Origin: an uncultured Verrucomicrobiae bacterium
GTDB lineage: Bacteria; Verrucomicrobiota; Verrucomicrobiia; Chthoniobacterales; JAFAMB01
Reading direction: 5' to 3'
DNA: 64,000 nucleotides
NCBI GenBank assembly: GCA_963813025.1
Contig: CAWEXO010000001.1
Span: forward strand, 1-64,000
Below the pieces are notes generated by a model. That model saw nothing but the letters and a program-made list of their open reading frames with translations, did not search any database and had not been told where the DNA came from. Made by a program: the position numbers and the translations under genes. Shown one piece after another: positions 50,019-59,506 of the stretch; the first letter of the stretch is position 1; every line of letters starts with the position of its first letter.

Positions 50019-50579
50019 TCAAATCCATCGGCGAACCCGCCGGCAATAATCCAGATAGGAATCGCCAAAGGTTTCGCGCATCAGCTTTTCCTCGAATGGT
50101 ATCAACGAGAAGTGGATGATCCCAAAAAACAAAGCTGGCAAAATCAAGAACCACCAGGATCGACTCAGGAAAAAAAATCCGAGCAGGAAGAGGACGGTTC
50201 CCAGGTACATCGGATTACGCGTAAAGTGGTACGGACCGCTTTCAACAAACACTCGAGGCGGCTGTCCGGGGCGCAACGGCGTTCTGTGCCTTATAAACAT
50301 GAACCAGCCCGAGAAGCCAATCGCGAACCCCACAAACATTAGCAGCTCACCAAACAGCTTCTGGTGAGGAAATCTGAATGGGGCAACCGGCAACAGTGTC
50401 TCAAGGAACCAGGCAACCAGCACCAGGATCAAGGCGAGTATCGGGGGCGGGATAGGCAACGGAGATTTCGAAGTGTCGATTAAACATTGTTGCCCGAACC
50501 AGTCGGAGGTTTCCAGCGTGAAGAGAGAGCCGGGGCTTGCCGAGATCTCGCCAGACCTTGAACCATACCGCCCTCGCAC
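50019..50579 (-). CDS. isoprenylcysteine carboxyl methyltransferase / PEMT family membrane protein (start uncertain)
   Basis: IPPP, GPYHFTRNPMYLG, IPFEE...FGDSYLDY..RVRRWI. Confidence 0.85.
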   Translation of the reverse strand: MRGRYGSRSGEISASPGSLFTLETSDWFGQQCLIDTSKSPLPIPPPILALILVLVAWFLETLLPVAPFRFPHQKLFGELLMFVGFAIGFSGWFMFIRHRTPLRPGQPPRVFVESGPYHFTRNPMYLGTVLFLLGFFFLSRSWWFLILPALFFGIIHFSLIPFEEKLMRETFGDSYLDYCRRVRRWI

Positions 50580-50878
50580 TCACTCAATACATTCTTTTGG
50601 GGTCCGACCGGCCCTTACCTCAACCTTGGCTTGACCGCCAATCCCGCGGCGTTCGCCACCTTGGCCTGATCTTTGTCGAATGTGAGAAGCTCGCTGCAGC
50701 CGGTTTCGATCGCAATTGCCACATGCAGCAGATCCAAGGCTCGGGCATTCAGGTTTTGGGTAAAACGGATACTAAGATCTTCCGCGCGATCGAAAGAATC
50801 GAATCCGACAAGTTGAGCTCGATCAAAACTCGGGCAAAGCCAAGGAGCTGTTCGAGGCCTGGAGGATCAGAGAGGTAT

Positions 50879-50914
50879 GCTTCAATGGGGCCGCGCCTTT
50901 ATCGGCGCGGATAG
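50879..50914 (-). CRISPR. solitary type I-G (I-U)-like CRISPR repeat
   Basis: Minus strand CTATCCGCGCCGATAAAGGCGCGGCCCCATTGAAGC: 36 nt, 7-bp GC stem, ATTGAAGC 3' end; ~200 bp downstream of the csb1 stub; no second copy seen. Confidence 0.75.
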
Positions 50915-51112
50915 GCCGTCTTGCTAAGTCGTTCTGGCATAGCGCTCAAATCGCTCGTTTGCGAGCGGTTCGAATTGCGCGAACGATCGGCCGAGCCTTT
51001 TTGCAATATTGCTGCTCTTGTCACTTCTTTTTCCCTCGGCCGGTTGCAATGCGAGCGCCGACAGCGTTTTGGGCGTTACCTGGCCGCTCGCGGAATCGAA
51101 CCGGTCAGAGTT

Positions 51113-51310
51113 AAGCACGCACGGTAGGGTTTGCAGCTTGCCGTCGAGGTCTATTACCCGCCTTTTCTCGAAGGCATAGACGGCTCCGGAGTACCTCGGC
51201 GGGAACACCTTATCGCCGATGCCGCCGGCGGGCTGGAGTTTTGTGTTGCAGCGGAATGCGGAGCGACTGTCAGTCACCGCTTTCGTGAGTGTCTCCAAAT
51301 CTAGTCTCAT
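51113..51310 (-). pseudogene. csb1: 5' fragment of type I-G Cas7 (Csb1)
   Basis: AFRCNTKLQPAGGIGDKVFPPRY.G..YAFEKRR...PCVL matches the Csb1 N-terminus; the expected LDSxQSQANR continuation is missing. Confidence 0.8.
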
Positions 51311-51494
51311 GGACGTACTTTCGTTTGTCTAAATAAGCATTCGGAGGTTTTTGTCAGCCACACTTAGATAGGATCTGACAAGCTTTCGGACTGGATGATC
51401 CAGAAATATCTGGCCGATTGGGGTCACCAAATCGAAGAGGATTCAGAATCTGGAGAACCCTTCTGAACGAATGCCTCTTCTGGGACAATGATTC

Positions 51495-51728
51495 TCAACG
51501 TCGGTTAGAACATTCAATCCGGACGAGCTCGCCCGTAGCCGGATCGAAATAGGGCAGGCCGTTCATTTTGCGCCAAGCAATAGTGGACCGCGCATGATCG
51601 CACATCTCTTCGAGGGTCCGCAGTTTCTCTCGAAACGTCAGTTCCAAAAACTCGCGGTGCTGTTGCCGCCGGCTGCCTTTCCATGTCGTGAGACTCCAAT
51701 CGATTCGCGCTTCTTCTTCAGGTGTCAT
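51495..51728 (-). CDS. small hypothetical protein coupled to the nucleotidyltransferase
   Basis: Overlaps the upstream stop; DWSLTTWKGSRRQQ...LTFREKL. Confidence 0.6.
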   Translation of the reverse strand: MTPEEEARIDWSLTTWKGSRRQQHREFLELTFREKLRTLEEMCDHARSTIAWRKMNGLPYFDPATGELVRIECSNRR

Positions 51729-52239
51729 AGCTGCTCCTTTCCCCGTGCAGGAGGTTTAACTCGTCAATATCCGCTAAATCCTGCGGACGACCTGCCTGAC
51801 GCTTCATTTGAAGGAGCGTCGAAAGACGTAAAATTCGCACGGGTAACCCGGGCGAGGATTCCTGAACGAGGGCACGCTGGTATTCCACTTCGAAGTCGAA
51901 CGGTTCCGTAATAAACAGATCCAATGGAGTCTCGCGATGTAAATCGCTAAAGAAGTTGAGCACCCGCATCTGCTTTTCTATTATCCAGCGGGTGCGTTTA
52001 GCGGGATCGGCGAACTGCTCTGGGGTGATCGGTACACGCGGAAGGTAGCCAATCCTGGCCAGGCTTTGGAAGCATCGGATGATACTATCCTGTTCGAGAC
52101 GAATGACGAGATCCACGTCGCGCGTAATCCGCCCATATCCGTGAGTAACGACCGCCAATCCGCCCACGACGATGAAGCGCACTTCGGCGTTGTTGAGCGT
52201 ATAGACGATAGCGTCAAAGCTGGCAAGTTTCATTGTCAC
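51718..52239 (-). CDS. minimal nucleotidyltransferase-like protein (DUF6036 type)
   Basis: VVGGLAV..HG..R.TRDVD, MKRQAGRPQDLAD. Confidence 0.8.
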   Translation of the reverse strand: MTMKLASFDAIVYTLNNAEVRFIVVGGLAVVTHGYGRITRDVDLVIRLEQDSIIRCFQSLARIGYLPRVPITPEQFADPAKRTRWIIEKQMRVLNFFSDLHRETPLDLFITEPFDFEVEYQRALVQESSPGLPVRILRLSTLLQMKRQAGRPQDLADIDELNLLHGERSSYDT

Positions 52240-52419
52240 TGGCGGAACAAGTCGTCAAAGCGCGCGCTGAAGCTCAGTATCCCAAGCACTTTTCTAAACG
52301 AATTCCCTGTCGGGAACAATGATTCTGAGGGTACTGCGAGAGGTTTGATGACTTGCGCCAGCCGCCCGGATACGGACGAGGCCGTCCGCGCTACGGAACA
52401 AACCGCTCAAGCCGCTTCT

Positions 52420-52887
52420 TTACGACGTCACCATGACGGCGACGATCACTTGACCATCGCGCCAGTCCGGACCGCGAATGAACAGCGGACTACCCCGGCT
52501 GACCTTGACCTGCGTTTCCAACAGCGGCTGGTCGGCCTGGAAAAGCTGCAATCCGACCAGGTAATCGTCATCCTCTTGCCGGTGTAAATCGGTCAGCAGA
52601 ATCTTGAGATCGGCGGTGAAGATCAGAAAGCGCTGGCCTTGAGCGGTAACTTTGATCCGGCCGTCGGCCAGAACACGCAGATGAGAGTAACCCAGAGCTT
52701 GGGGGAGCCGGTGATTGAACCGAGCCAGAACCGGCGGCACCGAGACGCCGCCGCGATCGTTGGAGGCATAGAGCAGCCAGCCGAGCAATGAATCGCTGGC
52801 TTGAACCCGCCCACTGAAAAGCAGAAAGAAAAGCAGCGCAGGTATCACGTAAATCCTGGGCCCAGTCTTTCGGAGCAGTCGCTTCAA
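52420..52887 (-). CDS. secreted hypothetical protein in the ECF operon
   Basis: Signal peptide; SPLFIRGP; follows the anti-sigma gene. Confidence 0.65.
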   Translation of the reverse strand: MKRLLRKTGPRIYVIPALLFFLLFSGRVQASDSLLGWLLYASNDRGGVSVPPVLARFNHRLPQALGYSHLRVLADGRIKVTAQGQRFLIFTADLKILLTDLHRQEDDDYLVGLQLFQADQPLLETQVKVSRGSPLFIRGPDWRDGQVIVAVMVTS

Positions 52888-52914
52888 AGTTCGAACCTTT
52901 CGGCCACCGGGCCT

Positions 52915-53400
52915 TCAATGGCTCGGATCCTTCTCTGGAGGCAGTTTATCCAAACCGTTCAACTTGATAATCGTCATGCCCTTCCGATTTTCGACCGTGG
53001 CGGTGACCGCTGACTTTCCCGTTTTCGTCTTTAACACTTCCGCGACATAACCCGACCGGGGATCGGAGAGATTGCCGTGAGGAATCATTGTCAGAAAAAG
53101 CACGGCGCCTCCGGCCAGAGTCAGCAAACCACTCCAGGCCAGCCGGGGAACACCTAACCAACGACGCGACCGAGACGCTCTCCGAACCTTCTCCTGCTCA
53201 ATCTTTTGCCGGATCTGGTCGTTGAAAAAATCGGGATGCGACAGCGGCGGAGACAGGTTTTCCTTTAAGAAGGCCCGCAATTTCCGCATTTCATCTTTCT
53301 CCGCCGGGTCGTGCTCTCGCTCAAAAGCGGTTCGCTCCTCGGTGTTCAGCCGATCGTCCACCCAGGCGGTGTACTTTTCTTCAAAGCTCTTCATAAACAT
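52915..53400 (-). CDS. putative anti-sigma factor
   Basis: Overlaps the ECF sigma stop; AWVDDRL..EER..FE N-terminus and a single TM. Confidence 0.65.
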   Translation of the reverse strand: MFMKSFEEKYTAWVDDRLNTEERTAFEREHDPAEKDEMRKLRAFLKENLSPPLSHPDFFNDQIRQKIEQEKVRRASRSRRWLGVPRLAWSGLLTLAGGAVLFLTMIPHGNLSDPRSGYVAEVLKTKTGKSAVTATVENRKGMTIIKLNGLDKLPPEKDPSH

Positions 53401-54070
53401 CCTTCAGGAGGTTTTGCAGTTTTTTGCGGGCATAAAACAGGCGCGACATCACCGTGCCGATTGAGCAATCCAGGATTTCGGCTATCTCATTGTATTGCAA
53501 GTCTTCCAATTCTTTCATCACGATCACGGCTCGATGGTCGGGGGATAGTTTGCCAATTGCCTCATCAATTCGCTTTCGAATTTCACGCTGTTCCAATTTC
53601 CGGTGCGGGAGCGGCGCTTCGGACGGCGTCGTTCGCGAACCCGGCTCAACTCGCACGGGAGCAATTCGATCGTCGAACTCGGTTTCCCCACGCACTCCTT
53701 TGCGCCGGAGAGAGTCGATCGTGACATTCGTCATGATCCGATAAAGCCAAGTGTAAAAGGAGGACTGACCTTTAAACCGGTGAATTGATCGCCAGGCTTT
53801 CAGGAATCCTTCCTGAGCCAGATCCCACGCGTCCTGTTCGTTTTGGACCATCCCGTACACCATTGCAAAAACCCGTGTACGATACCTGGTTATCAAATCG
53901 CCATAGGCACCGGAATCTCCCGCCTGACACCTCTTCACCAGTTCCACATCGCTCGGCTCAACCGGCTCAGAAGAACTGTTTCCCGCCTCTAGCTTTGACG
54001 AACGCTCGCTAACTTCATTCAATGATTTTATTGGAGCGTTAGAGGTTAAAAACCATTCCGTCTGCGCCAT
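53381..54070 (-). CDS. ECF (RpoE-like) sigma-70 factor
   Basis: DLAQEGFLKAW, FYTWLYRI, YNEIAEILDCSIGTVMSRLFYAR. Confidence 0.93.
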   Translation of the reverse strand: MAQTEWFLTSNAPIKSLNEVSERSSKLEAGNSSSEPVEPSDVELVKRCQAGDSGAYGDLITRYRTRVFAMVYGMVQNEQDAWDLAQEGFLKAWRSIHRFKGQSSFYTWLYRIMTNVTIDSLRRKGVRGETEFDDRIAPVRVEPGSRTTPSEAPLPHRKLEQREIRKRIDEAIGKLSPDHRAVIVMKELEDLQYNEIAEILDCSIGTVMSRLFYARKKLQNLLKDVYEEL

Positions 54071-54681
54071 TCGGCCCGTAATTCGCCCATCAACACGATG
54101 ATGTTGTCGCGAACATGAAAAATACGTTGATAAAGATCGGCAAACTGTCCGGCATTGAGTACGCCGTCGCGATTCATCTGTGTCGCCGCTTCGATCGCGG
54201 TCGTGACGGCCAGCAATGCGCGTTTCAGATAAGCGATCGTCATGCCGATCTCCTCTGATTCGTGGTCGCTCAATGCGGCGGCCAGCTTTGCGCTGGCGAC
54301 GGCGACATGCGAAGCCAGTTTCACCCCCAGCGGATTTGAGGCGACGCTGGGCATTTCGTCAAACAGCTGATCGATCCACACCGTCAAGGCAAAGGCGTTC
54401 TGATAGAGCGGATGCGACTCAAACGATTCTCCGCTTTCCCCTGACTCGCCCGTCTCTTCCTCCTCTGTCTCAAACTCCGCTTCTTCGATCTCCTCGCCGG
54501 ACTGGTCGAGCAGGTGCGGCCATCCCATTTCCTTGGCAATGATCTGGTCGCGATTCGGATCATCGATATACTTTTCGAACAGCTCCATATAGCGCTCGGT
54601 CTTATGATCCTGCTGCTGGAGAAACCGTTCCCAGTCGTACTCGTCCCAGGCCCGCTCGGGTTCCTCGAAGTAATCAGCCAT
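54046..54681 (-). CDS. conserved hypothetical acidic protein
   Basis: WDEYDWERFL...; lies in an operon between rlmN and the sigma factor. Confidence 0.7.
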   Translation of the reverse strand: MADYFEEPERAWDEYDWERFLQQQDHKTERYMELFEKYIDDPNRDQIIAKEMGWPHLLDQSGEEIEEAEFETEEEETGESGESGESFESHPLYQNAFALTVWIDQLFDEMPSVASNPLGVKLASHVAVASAKLAAALSDHESEEIGMTIAYLKRALLAVTTAIEAATQMNRDGVLNAGQFADLYQRIFHVRDNIIVLMGELRAEWRRRNGF

Positions 54682-54704
54682 ACGGGGTTCCTTTATCGCA
54701 GGTT

Positions 54705-55781
54705 CTAAACGCCTGCAAAGCTTTTGTCTCCCATCGTTTGCCGCCGGAGTTGACCGCACGCCGCAGCGATATCGTGGCCTTTTTCCAGCCGAATCGTGGC
54801 GTCAATTTTCCGGGCGCGCAACACTCGCAAAAAGGCGCGCTGCCGCGCGAGCGAAGGCCGCTCCCAGACGAGGCCATCGACGTCATTATAGGGAATCAGA
54901 TTGACCTTAGCCTCAGTTTCCCGGGCCAAGCCGGCTAACGCCGCCGCCTGGTCTAACTGATCGTTCACCTCGTTGATCAAGATGTATTCGAAGGTGATCC
55001 GTTGCTGCTTCGCCGCCCGGTAGAACGCACATGCCTCTAGCAAGGCGGCGATGTTATATTTGCGGTTAATCGGCATGATCTTCTCCCGCACCTCATCAGT
55101 CGCGCCGTGCAGGGAGATCGCAAGCCGCACCTGAAGCGGTTGTGCCGCCAAATCGCGAATGCGTGGAGCCAAGCCGCTGGTCGAAATCGTGATGTGCCGG
55201 GCACCAATCCCTATACCCCAGGAGGCATTGATGATCTCCAGGGCATGGAGCAGATTGGCGAAATTTGCCAGCGGCTCGCCCATACCCATGAAGACGAGAT
55301 TGTTGACCTTTTCTTCGCTGATCGCTTCCACCTGCAGAATCTGTTCGACAATCTCGTCCGCGGTGAGATTCCTGGTCCAGCCCGATAGACCGCTGGCGCA
55401 AAACTTGCAGCCATACGCGCAACCCACCTGGGTAGAGAGACATAGAGTGCGCCGATCGGTTGTCGATCCGTAAAGCGCTGGACTGGCTGGGATAAGGACG
55501 GTCTCAATGAAATTGCCGTCACCCAGGGCAAACAGAAATTTCTGAGTCGTGTCGGCCGAACCAATCCGGCGCGCACAGCGCAAGCTGGAGCTCAGGTAAT
55601 CTGTTGCCAGATTCTTCCGCAGATCCACCGGAAGATTGGTCATAAGCGCAAAATCGCTGCAACGTTTTTGATAAAGCCAGACGAGCAATTGTTCGGCCCG
55701 ATAGTCCGGGGTGTTACGCGAGCGGAACCAGGACCGCAATTCCGGTAACGTCTGACTATAGATTGGCTTCCGCTCGCTCAT
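54705..55781 (-). CDS. rlmN: 23S rRNA m2A2503 methyltransferase
   Basis: CLSTQVGCAYGCKFC, FMGMGEP, ITFEY, DIAAACGQL. Confidence 0.96.
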   Translation of the reverse strand: MSERKPIYSQTLPELRSWFRSRNTPDYRAEQLLVWLYQKRCSDFALMTNLPVDLRKNLATDYLSSSLRCARRIGSADTTQKFLFALGDGNFIETVLIPASPALYGSTTDRRTLCLSTQVGCAYGCKFCASGLSGWTRNLTADEIVEQILQVEAISEEKVNNLVFMGMGEPLANFANLLHALEIINASWGIGIGARHITISTSGLAPRIRDLAAQPLQVRLAISLHGATDEVREKIMPINRKYNIAALLEACAFYRAAKQQRITFEYILINEVNDQLDQAAALAGLARETEAKVNLIPYNDVDGLVWERPSLARQRAFLRVLRARKIDATIRLEKGHDIAAACGQLRRQTMGDKSFAGV

Positions 55782-55807
55782 CGGTTTTGCGGGCTAAAAG
55801 TCGCATA

Positions 55808-55880
55808 GTGCCGGTGCCGGTGCCAGTGTCAGTGTCAGCGCCAGTACAGTTGGCATCGGCCATCGGCCATTGGCCATTGA
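55808..55880. repeat. composite hexamer/heptamer tract
   Basis: GTGCCG/GTGCCA/GTGTCA units, then CATCGGC/CATTGGC units. Confidence 0.7.
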
Positions 55881-55887
55881 CTCTTGG

Positions 55888-56394
55888 CTATCGGCAATTT
55901 CCCAAACGCAGTCGCGGCTCGGAGTCCAATACCTCTTCCAGCGTCGGCCAGGCGCCTTCGTCCATCGCTTGAAAGGCGTGCAAATAGACTGCCACAGTTT
56001 CCGGCGGGTATTTGGCCAGCAGCTGATCGATCGTTGCGAGCAGTTCCTCTTTGGGCGGAGCCGGCGGGAGCGTCTCAACAACTCCCTTGCCGTCATGCGG
56101 TATTTTCAAACCGTCGAGAAAATCGCAGATCAGATCGCGTTGGGAATCGAGCAGCCAGATTTGAAGAAGCTGGGCCGAAATATCGTCGGAACTTTTTCGG
56201 GAGAGAGCTTTTTGCAACCAGAGATGGCGCTCCAGCTTCGGTTTGCGCTCGACGTAGACGGGCCGAAGTCGCTGCCGCACAGCCAGGCTCTGCACAGCCG
56301 CCTTATAAGCCGGTTTTTCTCGCTCAAGAACCCGGGACAAAAGCTGGTCCACAAAGGCGGCCGAGCATTGGGCGAAAATTTGGTGACACTTCAT
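55888..56394 (-). CDS. conserved hypothetical protein
   Basis: 168 aa; FLDGLKIPHDGKGVVE.LP. Confidence 0.7.
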   Translation of the reverse strand: MKCHQIFAQCSAAFVDQLLSRVLEREKPAYKAAVQSLAVRQRLRPVYVERKPKLERHLWLQKALSRKSSDDISAQLLQIWLLDSQRDLICDFLDGLKIPHDGKGVVETLPPAPPKEELLATIDQLLAKYPPETVAVYLHAFQAMDEGAWPTLEEVLDSEPRLRLGNCR

Positions 56395-56448
56395 TGAGGG
56401 TCGGGTGCAAGAGTTTCATTGTCCGGTCCACGGCGTCAAGGAGGGAAG

Positions 56449-56530
56449 GCCAGTGCCAGTGTCAGTGTCAGTGTCAGTGCCAGTGCCAGTGCCACTTCAG
56501 TCGCCATTGGTCACCGGTCATCATCGATCA
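56449..56530. repeat. composite hexamer/heptamer tract
   Basis: (CAGTGC/CAGTGT) x7, then GGTCAC/GGTCAT-type units overlapping the TerC stop. Confidence 0.75.
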
Positions 56531-57254
56531 TCTGCCGCCTCGGTCGTCTCTTGCGGGCTTGCAGATTGAGCATCTCGACCAAGGTGGAGAACGCCATCGC
56601 AAAATAAATATAGGCCCGATCAATGTGTTGACCTAAACCGTCGGCGCACAGGACTACTCCAATCAAGATCAGGAAAGCGAGCGCGAGCATTCGAATCGTC
56701 GGATGACGCTTTATGACTTTGCTGATGAGACCGGCCGCAACAATCATCACGAGCATCGCGAGAATGATGGCCAGAATCATGATTTCCAGCTGCTGTGCCA
56801 GACCAACGGCCGTGATCACTGAATCAAGCGAAAAGACGATATCGAGAAGCACAATTTGCAGAACAACGAGGCCAAAGAACGCGCCGCTCCCTGGTCTGAT
56901 CGCCGGCGGTTCGCCTTCGAGATTATTATGTATCTCGTGAGTGCCTTTGGCCAAAAGGAAGAGACCTCCGGCGAGAAGCACAAGATCGCGACCAGAGAAA
57001 GCATGGCCCAGCAAGGAAAAGACGGGCGCGGTGAGGTGGGTTAACCAACTGATGAACAGCAGCAGAAGGATGCGGGTGAAAAGGGCCAGGGAGAGACCGA
57101 CCAGACGTGCTCTCCCCTGCTGCATTTCCGGAAGCCGCTCCGCGACGAGCGAGATAACGATGATGTTATCGACCCCAAGAATGATTTCCAGAAAAGTGAG
57201 CGTAGCGAGGCTGACCCAGGCGGCGGGTTCCAAGACCCAGTGAAACAAATCCAT
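56511..57254 (-). CDS. TerC family membrane protein
   Basis: LEIILGVDNII, DIVFSLDSVITAVG, RHPTIRMLAL. Confidence 0.93.
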   Translation of the reverse strand: MDLFHWVLEPAAWVSLATLTFLEIILGVDNIIVISLVAERLPEMQQGRARLVGLSLALFTRILLLLFISWLTHLTAPVFSLLGHAFSGRDLVLLAGGLFLLAKGTHEIHNNLEGEPPAIRPGSGAFFGLVVLQIVLLDIVFSLDSVITAVGLAQQLEIMILAIILAMLVMIVAAGLISKVIKRHPTIRMLALAFLILIGVVLCADGLGQHIDRAYIYFAMAFSTLVEMLNLQARKRRPRRQMIDDDR

Positions 57255-57322
57255 GTTGGTGTACCGACTCACCGAACAACGAACCGCGTTGACTTCGAAC
57301 AACTCCACTGGGAAGTCAATCA

Positions 57323-58354
57323 GTGATGCTTTCCACCAACACTGACGCTCAAAACCTCGAGCAACGCGTCGATCGCTTTCTCGCCCAAGGGCGGCCGGAG
57401 GACTTTGAGACCCTGGCCCTGGAAATTTTTGCTTTTCAAAGTCAGCACAACCGGCCGTACGCGCGCTACTGTGAATTTCTGAACGCTCACCCGGCCTCAT
57501 GGCGCGAAGTGCCAGCGATTCCTCAGCAAGCTTTCAAGCGCTCCGAGCTAAAGGTGTCGGAAGACACACACTACGAGTTTCGCACGAGCGGCACTACCGG
57601 TGAAGGTCATGGCCGCCATTTCCTGCCTTCGCTTTCCTTGTACCGGAAAGCGGTCCTGCGTGGTTGGGATTTTGCAAAAATTCCCCGGGATAATTTCTTC
57701 CTTCTGATGCAGTCTCCCCAGGTCGCTCCATTCTCCTCCTTGTCGCGGATGGGAGCATTCCTCAGCGAAAATCGGGAGAGCGGTTTCTACCTCAATGACG
57801 CAGCGAAGATAGACACAGACCGCCTGCGAGATGATCTTGCCGCCCAACGAGAGCCCGCCGTTGTTTTTGGAACCGCTCTTGCCTTTGTGCACCTTCTCGA
57901 GGAACCCTCTTGGCATGTCCATCTTCTCGACGGAAGCGCGTTGGTCGAAACGGGCGGATTCAAGGGTTCCGGACGCGAGATCTCCAAGGGGCGTCTCTAT
58001 TGGGAGTTGTCAGAACGGTTCGCGGTCCCGCAAGCCTCGATTTGGAACGAGTATGGAATGACTGAACTGAGTTCTCAGTTTTACGCTAGCGGAACGGGTC
58101 AGCCCCACTGCGCGCCCCCCTGGGTTCGATTTTTGGTGATCGATCCTCGCACTGGGCAAGAGGCGCCGCGCGGAGAAGTTGGCCTTCTGCGAATCTATGA
58201 CCTGGCCAATCTCTGGTCGGTGCTCGGAGTGCAAACTCAGGATCTTGCGATTGCCGAAGACGATGAAAGCTTTCTCCTGCTGGGACGTGATCTGGCGGCT
58301 CTTCCCCGCGGCTGTTCCCGAGCGGTTGACGAATTGATCGCCCTGGCACGATGA
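57323..58354 (+). CDS. LuxE-like acyl-protein synthetase
   Basis: FRTSGTTG, ETGGFKG, EYGMTELSSQ, DLAN..S...QTQDL, RGCS. Confidence 0.85.
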   Translation: MMLSTNTDAQNLEQRVDRFLAQGRPEDFETLALEIFAFQSQHNRPYARYCEFLNAHPASWREVPAIPQQAFKRSELKVSEDTHYEFRTSGTTGEGHGRHFLPSLSLYRKAVLRGWDFAKIPRDNFFLLMQSPQVAPFSSLSRMGAFLSENRESGFYLNDAAKIDTDRLRDDLAAQREPAVVFGTALAFVHLLEEPSWHVHLLDGSALVETGGFKGSGREISKGRLYWELSERFAVPQASIWNEYGMTELSSQFYASGTGQPHCAPPWVRFLVIDPRTGQEAPRGEVGLLRIYDLANLWSVLGVQTQDLAIAEDDESFLLLGRDLAALPRGCSRAVDELIALAR

Positions 58355-59433
58355 GCCTGCCCGATCGGGTGAAAAGTGTGGTCGCGGCGAGCTCGCGTAT
58401 CCCGTGGCTGGACGCGGTTACGGAAGAAGCTGTCTGGGATTGGCTGGCGCTCGAACTCGGCCCCGGCTGGTCACCCGAAAACTCGGTTTCCTACGGTTCA
58501 TCCCAGCTGCGCTCGACGCCCTGCTCGCCCATTTATCACATCGTCAGCGGGAACACACCGCACGCCGCGATCCAGACCCTCACGCGAGGAATCCTGGTTG
58601 GCGCGATCAACCGCCTGAAAACACCTTCGTCCGAATTACCTGAGCTCGAAGATTTTATTGAAGGATTGGCGGAGGTTGACCGACCGGAGCGCAGCGAGGA
58701 GCTCGTTTTGGAGTGGTTCTCCGAGTCCGCCGCGATCGTCGTCTTCGGAGCGGATGATACGATCCGCGAGTTTTCCCGTCGGGTTGAGCCGTGGCAGCGA
58801 TTTCTGCCTCACGGACAAAAGATCAGCTTAGCCCTGCTTTCCGCGGACTACGATCGCATAATCGCGCGACAGATAGCCCAGGATATCTGTGCGTTCGATC
58901 AGCTCGGCTGTTTGTCGCCCCAATTTTGCTTCGTCCGCTGCCAGCCGCGCCGATTTTGTGAAATGTTGGCGCAGGAACTGGACGGCCTGGCTACGGGCTC
59001 GATCGATTTTTCCACCGCGACCGCGCTGCGATCCTTCCGTGATGAGTGGCGGTTTGCCGCCGCCCAGGATGCTTCTGCCGGTTTGTGGGCAAGCCAGGAC
59101 TCGCTCCGATGGACAATCCTTCTTGACCCCGCACAGAGCGTTCCAAACAACCCACTCTATCGCACGATGATTGTGAAACCGTGGAATGCCATTGGCGCCC
59201 TGGAACCGTTGCGACGCTTCGTCAGCACCATCAGTGTTTTTCCGTTCACCGCGCAAAATGTAGAACTGGCGGTTGGTCTCGGAGCTCAAAGGATTTGTCT
59301 GCCCGGCGCAATGCAGAAGCCGCCGTTGACCTGGCACCATGACGGTTGGCCGGCACTTGGGTCGCTCTTGTGCTACGTGGACATAGAAGAAAGCGGAGGG
59401 AGCGGAGGGAGCGGCTTCAGCGGAGGGATGTAG
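58351..59433 (+). CDS. LuxC-like acyl-CoA reductase
   Basis: HIVSGNTP, FDQLGCLSPQ, MQKPP..WHHDG; ATGA overlap with the luxE-like gene. Confidence 0.82.
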   Translation: MSLPDRVKSVVAASSRIPWLDAVTEEAVWDWLALELGPGWSPENSVSYGSSQLRSTPCSPIYHIVSGNTPHAAIQTLTRGILVGAINRLKTPSSELPELEDFIEGLAEVDRPERSEELVLEWFSESAAIVVFGADDTIREFSRRVEPWQRFLPHGQKISLALLSADYDRIIARQIAQDICAFDQLGCLSPQFCFVRCQPRRFCEMLAQELDGLATGSIDFSTATALRSFRDEWRFAAAQDASAGLWASQDSLRWTILLDPAQSVPNNPLYRTMIVKPWNAIGALEPLRRFVSTISVFPFTAQNVELAVGLGAQRICLPGAMQKPPLTWHHDGWPALGSLLCYVDIEESGGSGGSGFSGGM

Positions 59434-59506
59434 CTACCCAGTTCGTAATTCCCGCAGCTCTAGCGCTACATCCCTCCGCTCCCTCCGCTCCCTCCGCTTT
59501 CTTCTA
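59384..59506. repeat. palindromic (AGCGGAGGG)n element, family C copy 2
   Basis: TAGAAGAAAGCGGAGGGAGCGGAGGGAGCGG and its exact inverse; overlaps the luxC-like and ahcY stop codons. Confidence 0.85.

Noticed and set aside
50580..50878. Additional degenerate CRISPR repeats downstream of the solitary repeat
   Set aside because: No second ATTGAAGC or GC stem is visible at spacer distance.
50924..51310. 128-aa ORF as a functional protein
   Set aside because: Only the first ~66 codons resemble Csb1; the rest is read-through into leader-like DNA.
57323..59433. Bioluminescence operon
   Set aside because: No luciferase (luxAB) or luxD in the window.
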